Notes: generated from the sequence alone by a model not told the origin. A stretch of 32,000 nucleotides of DNA from Candidatus Saccharimonadota bacterium (GCA_963705375.1 OY970071.1:810001-842000), one strand, 5' to 3'. Positions 8,408-17,097 are shown, counted from the stretch's first letter. Made by a program: numbers and translations.

Positions 8408-10141
8408 CTACTTCTTCAGCGCTTTTGCGATTTCATCGGCTTTCAAGGTGTTCATAACCCTACCTTTCGTCAGCCAACCTCTCCTTGCGGTACCGACTCC
8501 ATACCTGAGATCGATGAAGTGCGAGGCTCTGTGCGAGTCGCTGTCTATTGCGAACATCAACTTGTAGGCAGCGGCCCTCATGACGTTGGTGTCGTTCAGG
8601 TCGAGCCTGTCAGGGAAGCTGTTTATTTCCATAGCAACATTGTTTCTCTCCGCAGCTTCGAAGACCTTATCTAGATTGATGCTGTACGCTTCTCTGGTGC
8701 TTATCATCCTTCCAGTTGGGTGACCCAGGACATGCACAAGCCCGCTGTCCAAGGCTCTAACCACTCTTGCGGTCATCTCATCCCCTTTCATGCTGAAGCT
8801 AGAATGAACAGAAGCCACAACGCAATCCATGGCGTTAAGTGTTTCATTCTCAAGATCCAGGCTGCCATCCTTGAGTATGTCGACCTCTGCACCCTTGAAT
8901 ATCCTGAATCCCTTCAGCTTATCATTAAGCTTGTCCACCCTTCCAAAGTATTCCATGAACTGCGCATCGTTCATGCCCTTCTCGATTCGGAGGCTCTTAG
9001 TATGGTTTGTGATTGCAACGTATTCGAGGCCTATACCCATCGCGGCATTCACCATCTCTTCCAGAGTGTCATTTACTCCTTCGCCCATCGCGTGCACATG
9101 CAAGTCACCTTTCAGATCTCCCAACTCCACAAGCTTAGGTATCTTGTGCTCTTGCGCAAGCTTGACCTCCCCTCTCGCTTCGCGCATTTCCGGAGGCATG
9201 TACTGCATTCCAAGCTCACCGTAGAGGTCCCTCTCTCCCTTTAACGGCATGCTCTTGTTTTTGCTGTCGAAAAGCCCGTACTCGTTGAGCTTGTAGCCTT
9301 TCCTCACGGCTATTGTTCTGACCTCTATGTTGTGGTTCTTGCTCCCTGTGAAGTACTGCAATGCCGCTGGCAAGCTCTCCGGTGCTATCACTCTCAAATC
9401 TGATTGTACTCCTATCTTGAGCCACACTGTAGTTTTTGTAGGCCCCCTGACCAGCGTGCTTGCAACCTCTGGCATCGAGGTGAAGAAATCCATGACTTTG
9501 GAGCTGTTGTCAGAGAGCGCAAGTATGTCTAGATCTCCAACGGTTTCGCGCCACCTTCTTGCAGAGCCTGCGATGAGCGCATCCTTTACAAGCCCGCTTT
9601 CCTTGAGCTTCTTTACAATGTTCTCAGCAACAGGCAGTGCATCCCCGAGCAAGAGCCTGCCCTTGCTGGCTTCATGCAGCGCTATGCCCTTCTTCATGAG
9701 CTCCTCGCTCTTCTCGCCGAAGCCCTCCAAAGCGCTTATCTTGTGAGATTCTATGGCGTTCTTCAAGTCATCAACATTCTTTATCCCAAGGCTCTTGTAC
9801 AGCGTGATGGCTTTCTTTGCGCCTATGCCCTCTATGCTCGTCAGCTGTTTCATGTTGATGGGATATTTCTTCTTGAGCTCCACATACTTCCTTATCTTTC
9901 CTGTCTTGAGATACTCCTCTATGTGGCTGGCAAGCCCCTTGCCTATTCCTGGCAGCTTCATAAGACCGTCTATACCGTGATTTTTGTATATGTCCTCTAT
10001 GGGTTCCTGCATCGTCCCTATGGTCATCGCTGCCTTCTGGTAGGCGCGCACCTCGAACCTCGTACGCGGGTCCTCGTCGACGCTCAACATGTCAGCTATC
10101 TCTTCAAACATATCTGCTATTGCTCTGTTCTCCATCAGCAT
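8408..10141 (-). CDS. polX: DNA polymerase X family protein with C-terminal PHP phosphoesterase domain
   Basis: Helix-hairpin-helix motifs (LPGIGKGLA, IEGIGAKKA). Pol-beta nucleotidyltransferase motif GSARRWRETVGDLDIL. PHP motifs (DLHVHA..., NHT, SDSH). The likely start is MLMENRAIADMFEEIADML (ATG at 10141 or 10135). The listed ORF extends to 10303, but that N-terminal extension does not look protein-like. Confidence 0.85.
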   Translation of the reverse strand: MLMENRAIADMFEEIADMLSVDEDPRTRFEVRAYQKAAMTIGTMQEPIEDIYKNHGIDGLMKLPGIGKGLASHIEEYLKTGKIRKYVELKKKYPINMKQLTSIEGIGAKKAITLYKSLGIKNVDDLKNAIESHKISALEGFGEKSEELMKKGIALHEASKGRLLLGDALPVAENIVKKLKESGLVKDALIAGSARRWRETVGDLDILALSDNSSKVMDFFTSMPEVASTLVRGPTKTTVWLKIGVQSDLRVIAPESLPAALQYFTGSKNHNIEVRTIAVRKGYKLNEYGLFDSKNKSMPLKGERDLYGELGMQYMPPEMREARGEVKLAQEHKIPKLVELGDLKGDLHVHAMGEGVNDTLEEMVNAAMGIGLEYVAITNHTKSLRIEKGMNDAQFMEYFGRVDKLNDKLKGFRIFKGAEVDILKDGSLDLENETLNAMDCVVASVHSSFSMKGDEMTARVVRALDSGLVHVLGHPTGRMISTREAYSINLDKVFEAAERNNVAMEINSFPDRLDLNDTNVMRAAAYKLMFAIDSDSHRASHFIDLRYGVGTARRGWLTKGRVMNTLKADEIAKALKK

Positions 10142-10267
10142 AGCATTGCACAGGAACTCTTTTATCTTTTCTATTGCAAAGACGTATGGATGGGGATAGA
10201 TAGTTCGCATGAAAGCGCGGAATTCGAAAAGGAACATAGGCTGCGCCAGCTTTATCTGGCAATCGTG

Positions 10268-10786
10268 ATGCGCTACAAGGAGCACATAGAGGAGCACGAG
10301 CACCTGTCGATCGCAGAATTGCCGTCAATGGTCACCGTAAAGGATGAGAAAGTCATTGCGAAAGCGCAGGAGATAATGAACGGCTTCGGCGCATATGACT
10401 ACGACAAGAATTTTTATGACGCAAGCGTGCGCGCGTTTGAGTTCGTCAAAAATTCGATCGGAGAGGTGGTGTTGCCTTTGCAGTTCTGGCTTATGCCAGA
10501 AGAGACTCTATCTTTCATGATGGGCGACTTGCTTGACAGGACCATACTGCTCTGCGCATTGCTGGTGCTTCTGGGCAACCCTTCATCAAAGGTTTTTGTG
10601 AAGATGCAGGGCACCGCACGTGACTCATTTGTGCATTGTGAGTTCAACAACAAACTGTATGTTTTTGATATAAGCAACGGGATAAGTTCTTTCGGCAGCA
10701 AAAAGGCGATGCTCGATTTCCTGGTCATAAACGATGACACAATCGCATACGAATTCAACAACCAGAGCTATGCGGACGTCGCGTAA
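10268..10786 (+). CDS. transglutaminase-like fold protein, catalytic Cys replaced (hypothetical)
   Basis: This is the 3' part of the 370-aa listed ORF; the 5' part is antisense to polX. The segment AFEFVKNSIGE...GDLLDRTILLCALLVLLG...FVHCEF...VFDIS parallels the transglutaminase-like core (G-D-C-x-D...H...D), with Leu where the nucleophile Cys would sit. Start is ATG at 10268 or 10328. Confidence 0.45.
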   Translation: MRYKEHIEEHEHLSIAELPSMVTVKDEKVIAKAQEIMNGFGAYDYDKNFYDASVRAFEFVKNSIGEVVLPLQFWLMPEETLSFMMGDLLDRTILLCALLVLLGNPSSKVFVKMQGTARDSFVHCEFNNKLYVFDISNGISSFGSKKAMLDFLVINDDTIAYEFNNQSYADVA

Positions 10787-10801
10787 CATCTGCTTTGCTT
10801 A

Positions 10802-11671
10802 TCAAGTGAACGTTATTGTTGCGGTGTTGCTTGTGGTGCCTGCCGTGTCTCCCAGTGACGCGGTTATTTCGACAGTCGCAGGTCCGTTTCCGCCCCATAT
10901 GTATCCCAATGCGCTGCCGGTTATGTTTGTTGTCGTTGCCAAAGGCTGAATATCAAACATGCTGTTGCTCAACGAGACGCTGACGGTTGCGCCGACTACC
11001 GGGTAATTTCCAAACATGACTTGCGTGTAGAACGGTATCCTTGCGTTGCCATGGCTTACGGGCGTGTTAGGCGCAATGACGTATATTATGTAGTTAGAAG
11101 CATAGGGAAGTATGGTTGGCTGCTGCTCAGAATGGGCCGAGAAGCCTCCTGAGTAATTCATGATGGGTGCCGATGTGCAGTCTCCTGTCGATGTGTAGTT
11201 GCTCACAAGCCCACAGTATGCCGCGTTAAGATAAAGATGACCATTGGCAAGCGCGCCCAGATTCAGGTCCAGGTCCGCGGGCAACTGGCTTGTTGTGCAT
11301 GACATCGATCCGCCTGGCAGTATGAAATCTGGCACACAGCTGACTAACGCGGTGCTATGGCCGTTTATGCTTGCATGGAACACTGGTGCGTTTATCGGGA
11401 ACGACTGTGAATTAACCAAGTATACTACCAGTACATTTCTGCTTAGAATGATGTCTGTACAGCTTATGCCGCTATAGAAATTGCAAGTGCCTGGTATTAT
11501 GTTTTGGGGCAGGGAAGTGTACGCATAAAGCAGCGCAATTGCGACTGATAGCATGAGCAGGGCCCATCCATACGTCACCAGGAAATCTATTGCCGACTGG
11601 GCACGCAAGCCAGATTCTCGCCGCTCTGCAACATTTTCACATTGCACGTTATCCGCTTTATACAAAGCCAA
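10802..11671 (-). CDS. archaeal type IV pilin-like protein (class III signal peptide) with C-terminal Ig-like region
   Basis: N-terminus reads ...GLRAQSAIDFLVTYGWALLMLSVAIALLY, i.e. a basic residue, Ala-Gln-Ser, then a hydrophobic helix, which is typical of prepilin-peptidase substrates. The C-terminal beta-rich segment (ATVSVSLS...TVEITASLGDTAGTTSNTATITFT) resembles bacterial Ig-like domains. An in-frame TTG at 11608 would give a short classical leader, MRAQS. Confidence 0.6.
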   Translation of the reverse strand: MALYKADNVQCENVAERRESGLRAQSAIDFLVTYGWALLMLSVAIALLYAYTSLPQNIIPGTCNFYSGISCTDIILSRNVLVVYLVNSQSFPINAPVFHASINGHSTALVSCVPDFILPGGSMSCTTSQLPADLDLNLGALANGHLYLNAAYCGLVSNYTSTGDCTSAPIMNYSGGFSAHSEQQPTILPYASNYIIYVIAPNTPVSHGNARIPFYTQVMFGNYPVVGATVSVSLSNSMFDIQPLATTTNITGSALGYIWGGNGPATVEITASLGDTAGTTSNTATITFT

Positions 11672-11700
11672 GAAAATCTTAAATGCCTGTGCCTCTCTGC

Positions 11701-13410
11701 TCAGTGTGCCTGCGCATGCTGTATTGCTGCATCTACCAGGCCTCTGAACAGCGGCGCGGGGCTGAGAGGCCGTGACTTGAGCTCCGGGTGCGACTGTGTC
11801 GCTATGAAGAACGGATGCTCTTTCAGTTCCATGAACTCCATGAGCCTGCCATCTGGGGATTTTCCTGAAAACACCAACCCCTTGCCTTCGAGCGCGCTTA
11901 TGTACTGCGGATTCACCTCGTATCTGTGCCTGTGCCTTTCTGATGCACTATCACTTCCGTAAAGCCTGTTTGCCAGAGTGCCCGTCTGCAGTACTGCCGT
12001 ATACACTCCGAGCCTCATAGTTCCGCCATACTTGGATTGCTTTACGAGCTCCGCCTGTTCTGGGATGAAGTCTATGACTGGGTGCTTTGTCCCTGCATCG
12101 AACTCTGTCGAATTTGCCCCTTCAAGGCTGCAGACGTTTCTTGAGAATTCGACAACTGCAAGCTGCATGCCCAAGCACAGACCCAGAAACGGCAGCTTTT
12201 TCTCCCGTGCATATCTTATCGCAGCTATCTTCCCTTCGACACCCCTCTTGCCAAACCCACCAGGTATTATCATGCCGTCAACGTCCTTCAGCGCATCCTC
12301 CACAGCAAGCTTCTTATCCTCTATTTCTGTGGACTCTATCCACTTTATCCTTGCACGCATTCCGCTGTACGGCGCAGCATGCTCCAACGCCTTGATTATG
12401 CTAAGATACGAATCGTGCACATGAGTGTACTTTCCAACTATTCCTATTGTGACCTCTTTGTCCGCGTTCTTGACTTTGTCAGTAAACTCTATCCATTTGG
12501 CCAACGCTTCATCTCCGCTTACTTTAGGAGTTAGCTTCAACACATCGAATACTGTATTGTCTATTCCCATGTCCTTGAGCGTGATCGGGATTTCATAGAC
12601 GTTCCTTGTATCCCAAAGGCTGTATATCCTTTCAACATCTACGTCCGAGAAGAGGCTTATCTTCTCCCTGATGCTTCTGCTTATCTCCTTTTCTGACCTG
12701 CACACCACTATGTCCGGCCTTATCCCTAACTCCATCAGCTTCCTTGTGCCGAGCTGCGCAGGCTTGCTTTTAGATTCGCCAAGGTACTGTGGCTGCAGGA
12801 TGTATGTCAGGTTTATCGCACAGAAGTTGGAATCCCCTTCTTCATGACGCAGCTCGCGCATAGCCTCTATGAAATAGGCACTCTCCAGATCTCCAACGGT
12901 GCCGCCAACCTCCACAAGGACTATGTCTGCACCAGACTTCATCGCAAGCCCTCTAAGCAGGCTTTTTATCTCTCCAGTAACGTGGGGTATGAACTGCACA
13001 TCCCTGCCCATGTACTGGCCATTCCTTTCCTTGTCAATGACGCTCTTGAATATCTTGCCTGCGGTGAGATAGTTGTCCTTAGTCAAGCTCTTGTTGAGGC
13101 ACCGTTCATAAGAACCAAGGTCGAGGTCGCATTCGGTGCCGTCGTCCAGGACGAAGACCTCCCCATGCCTGTATGGATTCAAGGTGCCTGCGTCATAGTT
13201 GAGGTAGCCATCGAACTTCATTGGAGCTACGTTGAAGCCGTAGCAGCCAAGCAGCATTCCTAGGCTGCTGGAAAAAGTGCCTTTACCCACTCCTGACATG
13301 ACGCTGCCGATAACTATTATGTACTTGGTCTTTCCGACCTTGTAGCCTTCAGGAACAGAGCTGTAGAACTCCTCGTCAACTGATTTCTCAGAAACAGATG
13401 TGGTGGGCAC
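11701..13410 (-). CDS. pyrG: CTP synthase
   Basis: N-terminal synthetase domain (GSVMSGVGKG, YLNYDAGTLNPYRHGEVFVLDDG) and C-terminal class I glutamine amidotransferase domain (GLCLGMQ, HRHRYEVN). GTG start. An AT-rich box (tttttattaa) lies about 25-30 nt upstream. Confidence 0.93.
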   Translation of the reverse strand: MPTTSVSEKSVDEEFYSSVPEGYKVGKTKYIIVIGSVMSGVGKGTFSSSLGMLLGCYGFNVAPMKFDGYLNYDAGTLNPYRHGEVFVLDDGTECDLDLGSYERCLNKSLTKDNYLTAGKIFKSVIDKERNGQYMGRDVQFIPHVTGEIKSLLRGLAMKSGADIVLVEVGGTVGDLESAYFIEAMRELRHEEGDSNFCAINLTYILQPQYLGESKSKPAQLGTRKLMELGIRPDIVVCRSEKEISRSIREKISLFSDVDVERIYSLWDTRNVYEIPITLKDMGIDNTVFDVLKLTPKVSGDEALAKWIEFTDKVKNADKEVTIGIVGKYTHVHDSYLSIIKALEHAAPYSGMRARIKWIESTEIEDKKLAVEDALKDVDGMIIPGGFGKRGVEGKIAAIRYAREKKLPFLGLCLGMQLAVVEFSRNVCSLEGANSTEFDAGTKHPVIDFIPEQAELVKQSKYGGTMRLGVYTAVLQTGTLANRLYGSDSASERHRHRYEVNPQYISALEGKGLVFSGKSPDGRLMEFMELKEHPFFIATQSHPELKSRPLSPAPLFRGLVDAAIQHAQAH

Positions 13411-13551
13411 GCATCTTTATTAAAGAAGAATTAATAAAAACCATATCCTCGCTCGCGTGTTTTTAGGTCCTCAATAAATGCGCAGGCCGTATGCCTGCCG
13501 GCGACCGTGTGCGCTATCGCGCGCAATAAACCGTTCTTGCCGTCTTGCGTT

Positions 13552-14064
13552 CTAAGCCGGTTGCCCCTCCCCTGCTTGTACGGCAACAACCGCGGTAACC
13601 GATGCGGTTTCTGAGAGGTTGCCAGTGAGTGTGAAACGTTTGTTTTCGTCCAAAAGCGGTGTTTGGTTATTGATTACAAGACACAGTTGATTGCCTTCTG
13701 AGCCCCGATCTAGTTTTACAATCTCAACAGTATTTTCTCTGTTTACTCTCATGCCTTCGGTGATTGGAGAAAGGGCTCCGGTCCTCTTATCGAACGTATA
13801 CTCTTTATGGCTATCATATTTTCCAAGGGTGTCTCCGCTCTCCGCAAGAAAGAAAAACCTTCCCCTTAATCTACTTCTCAATTCCTGATTCTCAGCCATC
13901 ATGGCAAGCACACTTTCCAAGGTGGGGAGTTTAAGGTCGTATTTTTTAAGAAGGTCATCCACGCCTTTAATGGTTGTCATAGTTATTGCCACAAACGGGC
14001 CATTGCTCCCTATTTGTGTAAATGGTCCTCTGGTTTCAGTTCCAGTCGTCAATGCCCTTTCCAT
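13552..14064 (-). CDS. hypothetical protein (170 aa)
   Basis: ATG ORF with its own TATA-like box (ttatatatt, about 35 nt upstream) and an AGGT element. I recognise no motif. Lies 128 nt downstream of the ATPase-nuclease gene on the same strand. Confidence 0.5.
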   Translation of the reverse strand: MERALTTGTETRGPFTQIGSNGPFVAITMTTIKGVDDLLKKYDLKLPTLESVLAMMAENQELRSRLRGRFFFLAESGDTLGKYDSHKEYTFDKRTGALSPITEGMRVNRENTVEIVKLDRGSEGNQLCLVINNQTPLLDENKRFTLTGNLSETASVTAVVAVQAGEGQPA

Positions 14065-14192
14065 TTTATCAACCTATTTCTTATTCTCTTTTTACAATAT
14101 ATAATTCTTTATCTATGATCTTGCAAATCTGGCGAAGAACGAACGCGCATTGCTTTTCAGGATCTCTATCTTCAAATCAAGTGGTGCGTCTC

Positions 14193-15956
14193 TTACAGGA
14201 GCTTTGAATCCGTATCTGCCTCTTTGATGTCAAAAACACTCACGTTATCTCCAGCAAAATAGCTCTTGTAGAATCTGTATGCGTCGCTGTTGACGAAAAC
14301 AATAACCTTGCCGTATGCACTACGTCTTGCTCTTATCATCTCCGCGCTCTTACCTATCGGCTTCTTGCCTGTCTCATACTCTATTGCAATTATTTCATTG
14401 CTGTGGTGCGCAACTATGTCTGGCCCGTTTGAACCACTCATTATGTGGTTATGTATTCCGCGCATGCTCAGTAGCTCGTGTATCTTCTGCACGTACACCC
14501 TATGCTCTATGCTCATAGACTTGTTGTGCGCCATCAGCCAAGTCTCGTCCTTGCCCTGCCATTTGACCGCTAGCTTTGAAAGCGTACCCTTAGCTGCTTG
14601 TGCATCCACTGCCTGCGCTCCATGCTCCTTCACAAGCACGTCATAGGGTACTGGCTTCCTGGCCTTGGCAAGCATCACCGTTGCATCATCTGAATGCGTG
14701 AAGCTTATAGGTGCGCTCGCACGCTTCAGATGCATGTCTAGCTCTTTCATTTTCGGTGTTGCGACGAGGAGCGGGTTCCTGTCACTGCAGCTGACCATTA
14801 TCGCCTCGTGCTGCTTCAGTACGCGCAGTTTTTCTGTCACCTCACATACGCGTTGCGCGTCGTTGCCTGCAAGCACCTTTGCCACATAACTCGCTTCCGA
14901 AGGCTCCCTGGCGTAGAATGCCACAAATGCAGATGCGTTAGCTATGATCTGCTTGCTCAGGCCGCTTGCAGCATGCGTCACTATTATGATGCCTATGCCG
15001 TACTTCCTGCCCTCTTCTATGAGGCTGCGTATCACAGTGCCGCTTGAATCTGAGCTGTCTGTTAGGAATTGGACCTCATCTATCGCGATGCACATGCTAA
15101 GCCCGCGCTCCTTTGCATTAGCGTGCATCTGCTGGTAGAGCCTGCGGAGCAGCTCGCCAATGTATATGACCTGGGCTTCCTTGCTCTTCATGCCGGCCAA
15201 TGAGAATGAGCACACACCATTGCGGAGCGCCTGCATGTCAACAGAATGGGAGAAAGCTGCGCTGTCCAGGATTGAGAGACGGTCGTACAGGTGCAGCAGC
15301 GTGTTCTTCTCGCCTATGCCCTTCGCGTTTCCTATGAACACATTGAGCTCGCGAAGCAGATCGCGAATAGCTGGTGTCCTATCAAGCGACGTGGCGAGCC
15401 TGTCTGCAGCGCCCGCGTTCCTGTAAACATACCACAGGCACTGACTAAGTTTTGTCGCTTGTATGTATCCTAGTGAGTATACGTTCTTGAACATGCGTGT
15501 AAGTTCTGAGATGCGCTCTGAAACTGTGGCTCCAGCAAGCTCCATCGGGTTTATCCCCGAGTAGCGTGCATCACAGACCATTCCGTTGAGCTCATGCACA
15601 AGTGCTTCGTGCTCGTTGTGCGCATCGAAGATGATGCAGGGCACTCGTGCGCTTGCAAGGTCGACAACCACATGCTTGAATAGCGAGCTCTTGCCGAATC
15701 CGCTCATGCCTGCAATGACTATGTGCGGGTTGGGTTCATTTCCAGGACGTAGATAAAGGCGGAAATGTTTCCTCTTCCATGCAAAGCCCGGAATGCCTGT
15801 TACGTTCACGCCTTGCTGTCCATGCTTGTAGAACAGCTTGCTGCACGGCAGCAGCACTTCCTTTACATCTCCTATGTAAAGCCCCAGAGTGCCATCACGA
15901 GGCCTTTTTGATATTTTGTCGATAACCTTTTTTATAGATTTTATAACATCCATCAC
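14193..15956 (-). CDS. HerA/FtsK-superfamily (DUF87-like) P-loop ATPase with C-terminal PD-(D/E)xK-like nuclease module
   Basis: Walker A motif HIVIAGMSGFGKSS follows a barrel-like N-terminal region. Walker B motif is MCIAIDEVQFL. A GIGIIIVTH segment is present. The last ~100 aa read SIEHRVY...NGPDIVAHHSNEIIAIEYETGKK, a pattern (E...PD...ExE..K) reminiscent of restriction-endonuclease-like folds. Confidence 0.65.
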   Translation of the reverse strand: MMDVIKSIKKVIDKISKRPRDGTLGLYIGDVKEVLLPCSKLFYKHGQQGVNVTGIPGFAWKRKHFRLYLRPGNEPNPHIVIAGMSGFGKSSLFKHVVVDLASARVPCIIFDAHNEHEALVHELNGMVCDARYSGINPMELAGATVSERISELTRMFKNVYSLGYIQATKLSQCLWYVYRNAGAADRLATSLDRTPAIRDLLRELNVFIGNAKGIGEKNTLLHLYDRLSILDSAAFSHSVDMQALRNGVCSFSLAGMKSKEAQVIYIGELLRRLYQQMHANAKERGLSMCIAIDEVQFLTDSSDSSGTVIRSLIEEGRKYGIGIIIVTHAASGLSKQIIANASAFVAFYAREPSEASYVAKVLAGNDAQRVCEVTEKLRVLKQHEAIMVSCSDRNPLLVATPKMKELDMHLKRASAPISFTHSDDATVMLAKARKPVPYDVLVKEHGAQAVDAQAAKGTLSKLAVKWQGKDETWLMAHNKSMSIEHRVYVQKIHELLSMRGIHNHIMSGSNGPDIVAHHSNEIIAIEYETGKKPIGKSAEMIRARRSAYGKVIVFVNSDAYRFYKSYFAGDNVSVFDIKEADTDSKLL

Positions 15957-16007
15957 ATCACCAAAAGCGCAATTGCTTTAAACAACTAGTAATCAATACT
16001 CTACCAA

Positions 16008-16126
16008 GCCAGGGTGGCAGAATCTGGTAACGCGCCGGTCTTGAATCTTAGATATCAAGAGCTGATCAATGATGCATGTAAACCGGTTCCCGCAAGGGAT
16101 TTTGGGTTCAAATCCCAACCCTGGCG
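16008..16126 (+). tRNA. tRNA-Ser: tRNA-Ser (anticodon TGA) with 35-nt intron at 37/38 (about 16046-16080)
   Basis: Acceptor stem GCCAGGG/CCCTGGC with discriminator G. Anticodon stem CCGGT...ACCGG, loop CT-TGA-A[intron]A. Long variable arm (TTCCCGCAAGGGATT), so class II. T arm TTGGG-TTCAAAT-CCCAA. Confidence 0.85.
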
Positions 16127-16189
16127 AATTCGCACTATAAGAAATCGTCGTGAAGCAGAACAACAATAACTTCTCATACATACGCGCTT

Positions 16190-16741
16190 TTACTCGAACT
16201 TCAGCACCACAATGTCCTCAAAGAAGTAGTGCGCTTTTCCCACAATTTCAGCATGGAGCCTCCCAACATCCTGCTCATACTTGTTGATGGAGCTTTCAAG
16301 CAAAAGTACTGTGTGGTCTCTCATCACATGCTGGGCATAGCCCTCAAGGAAACGGTCTATCAGTTCTCTACCTTCGACCCCCCCTGCAATGTCTGCGTCC
16401 TTGCCGCCTACAATCTTAGACCTTAGATACGGCGGATTAAATATGAGCGTGTTGTACTGGTCGCGAATGTTCTCAAACATATCCGATACTATGAAGGTGC
16501 CGCCTACATTGTTGTTCTGCGCGTTCCGTCTGGCGTTAGCAATTGCAGACGCATTTATGTCTGCGAACGTGACTTCGCAGCCTCGCAGTGCAGCTATTAT
16601 GCCCTGAATACCTGTGCCGGTGCCGAGGTCCAAAACTTTTCCGAATGCATACTTCTCCACGGCTTCAGCGAGAAGTTTAGAATCCTCTTGAGGATTGTAC
16701 ACCCCTTTTTCAGTCATGATGTTGATCTCATCGTAGAGCAT
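16190..16741 (-). CDS. HemK-related / Mtq2-type N5-glutamine (release factor) methyltransferase
   Basis: SAM-binding motif VLDLGTGTGIQG and catalytic NPPY motif (LIFNPPYL). Its 183 aa matches the short archaeal HemK-related family. Confidence 0.75.
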   Translation of the reverse strand: MLYDEINIMTEKGVYNPQEDSKLLAEAVEKYAFGKVLDLGTGTGIQGIIAALRGCEVTFADINASAIANARRNAQNNNVGGTFIVSDMFENIRDQYNTLIFNPPYLRSKIVGGKDADIAGGVEGRELIDRFLEGYAQHVMRDHTVLLLESSINKYEQDVGRLHAEIVGKAHYFFEDIVVLKFE

Positions 16742-16797
16742 ACTTCTTCTTGCGTTTCAAGGCTTAAATCACTAACGGAAGGAAGAGGCGCCGCCTC

Positions 16798-17097
16798 TTA
16801 TCCTATCGGCGCCTCGTATCTTTCTGCCTTCACCTGTCTCAGATGCTTGGCTGTCAGAAGGACGGTTACGGTGTAACTTGCATCCGCATTCCGTGCCTTC
16901 TTCTCCTCGCACAGCTCCCTGCATTCCAGCAGGTCTGCTATATGCTCTGCCAGCTCTTCCCTGAACGAGCAGCAGTCTATCTTTCTTTCCACAAGCTCGT
17001 CTTCCGGAAGCGCTTTGTGCGTGCGCGAATTCATCCATGCCACCAAGGCATCCAAGTCCCTGTAGAGCTTACGCTCTATCGCTTTTGGTATCTCCAT
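16798..17097 (-). CDS. hypothetical protein (99 aa)
   Basis: Of three overlapping ORFs here, this one has protein-like composition and the codon habits of neighbouring genes (ATA for Ile, AGG/AGA for Arg). The others are Arg/Gly/Cys-rich. No family recognised. Confidence 0.4.
   Translation of the reverse strand: MEIPKAIERKLYRDLDALVAWMNSRTHKALPEDELVERKIDCCSFREELAEHIADLLECRELCEEKKARNADASYTVTVLLTAKHLRQVKAERYEAPIG

Noticed and set aside
15897-15957. While hand-translating the 5' end of the ATPase-nuclease gene, I counted one extra A near 15900. That would break the frame.
   Set aside because: The supplied ORF track shows an uninterrupted 587-aa ORF starting at 15956, and flanking coordinates check out. 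I attribute this to my own miscount, not to a real frameshift.
15993-16181. ORFs overlapping tRNA genes: 15993-16181 minus, 1358-1567 plus, 21254-21547 plus, and 28369-28563 minus.
   Set aside because: Each spans a well-folding tRNA (Ser, Asp, Val, Trp respectively) and has no independent coding support.
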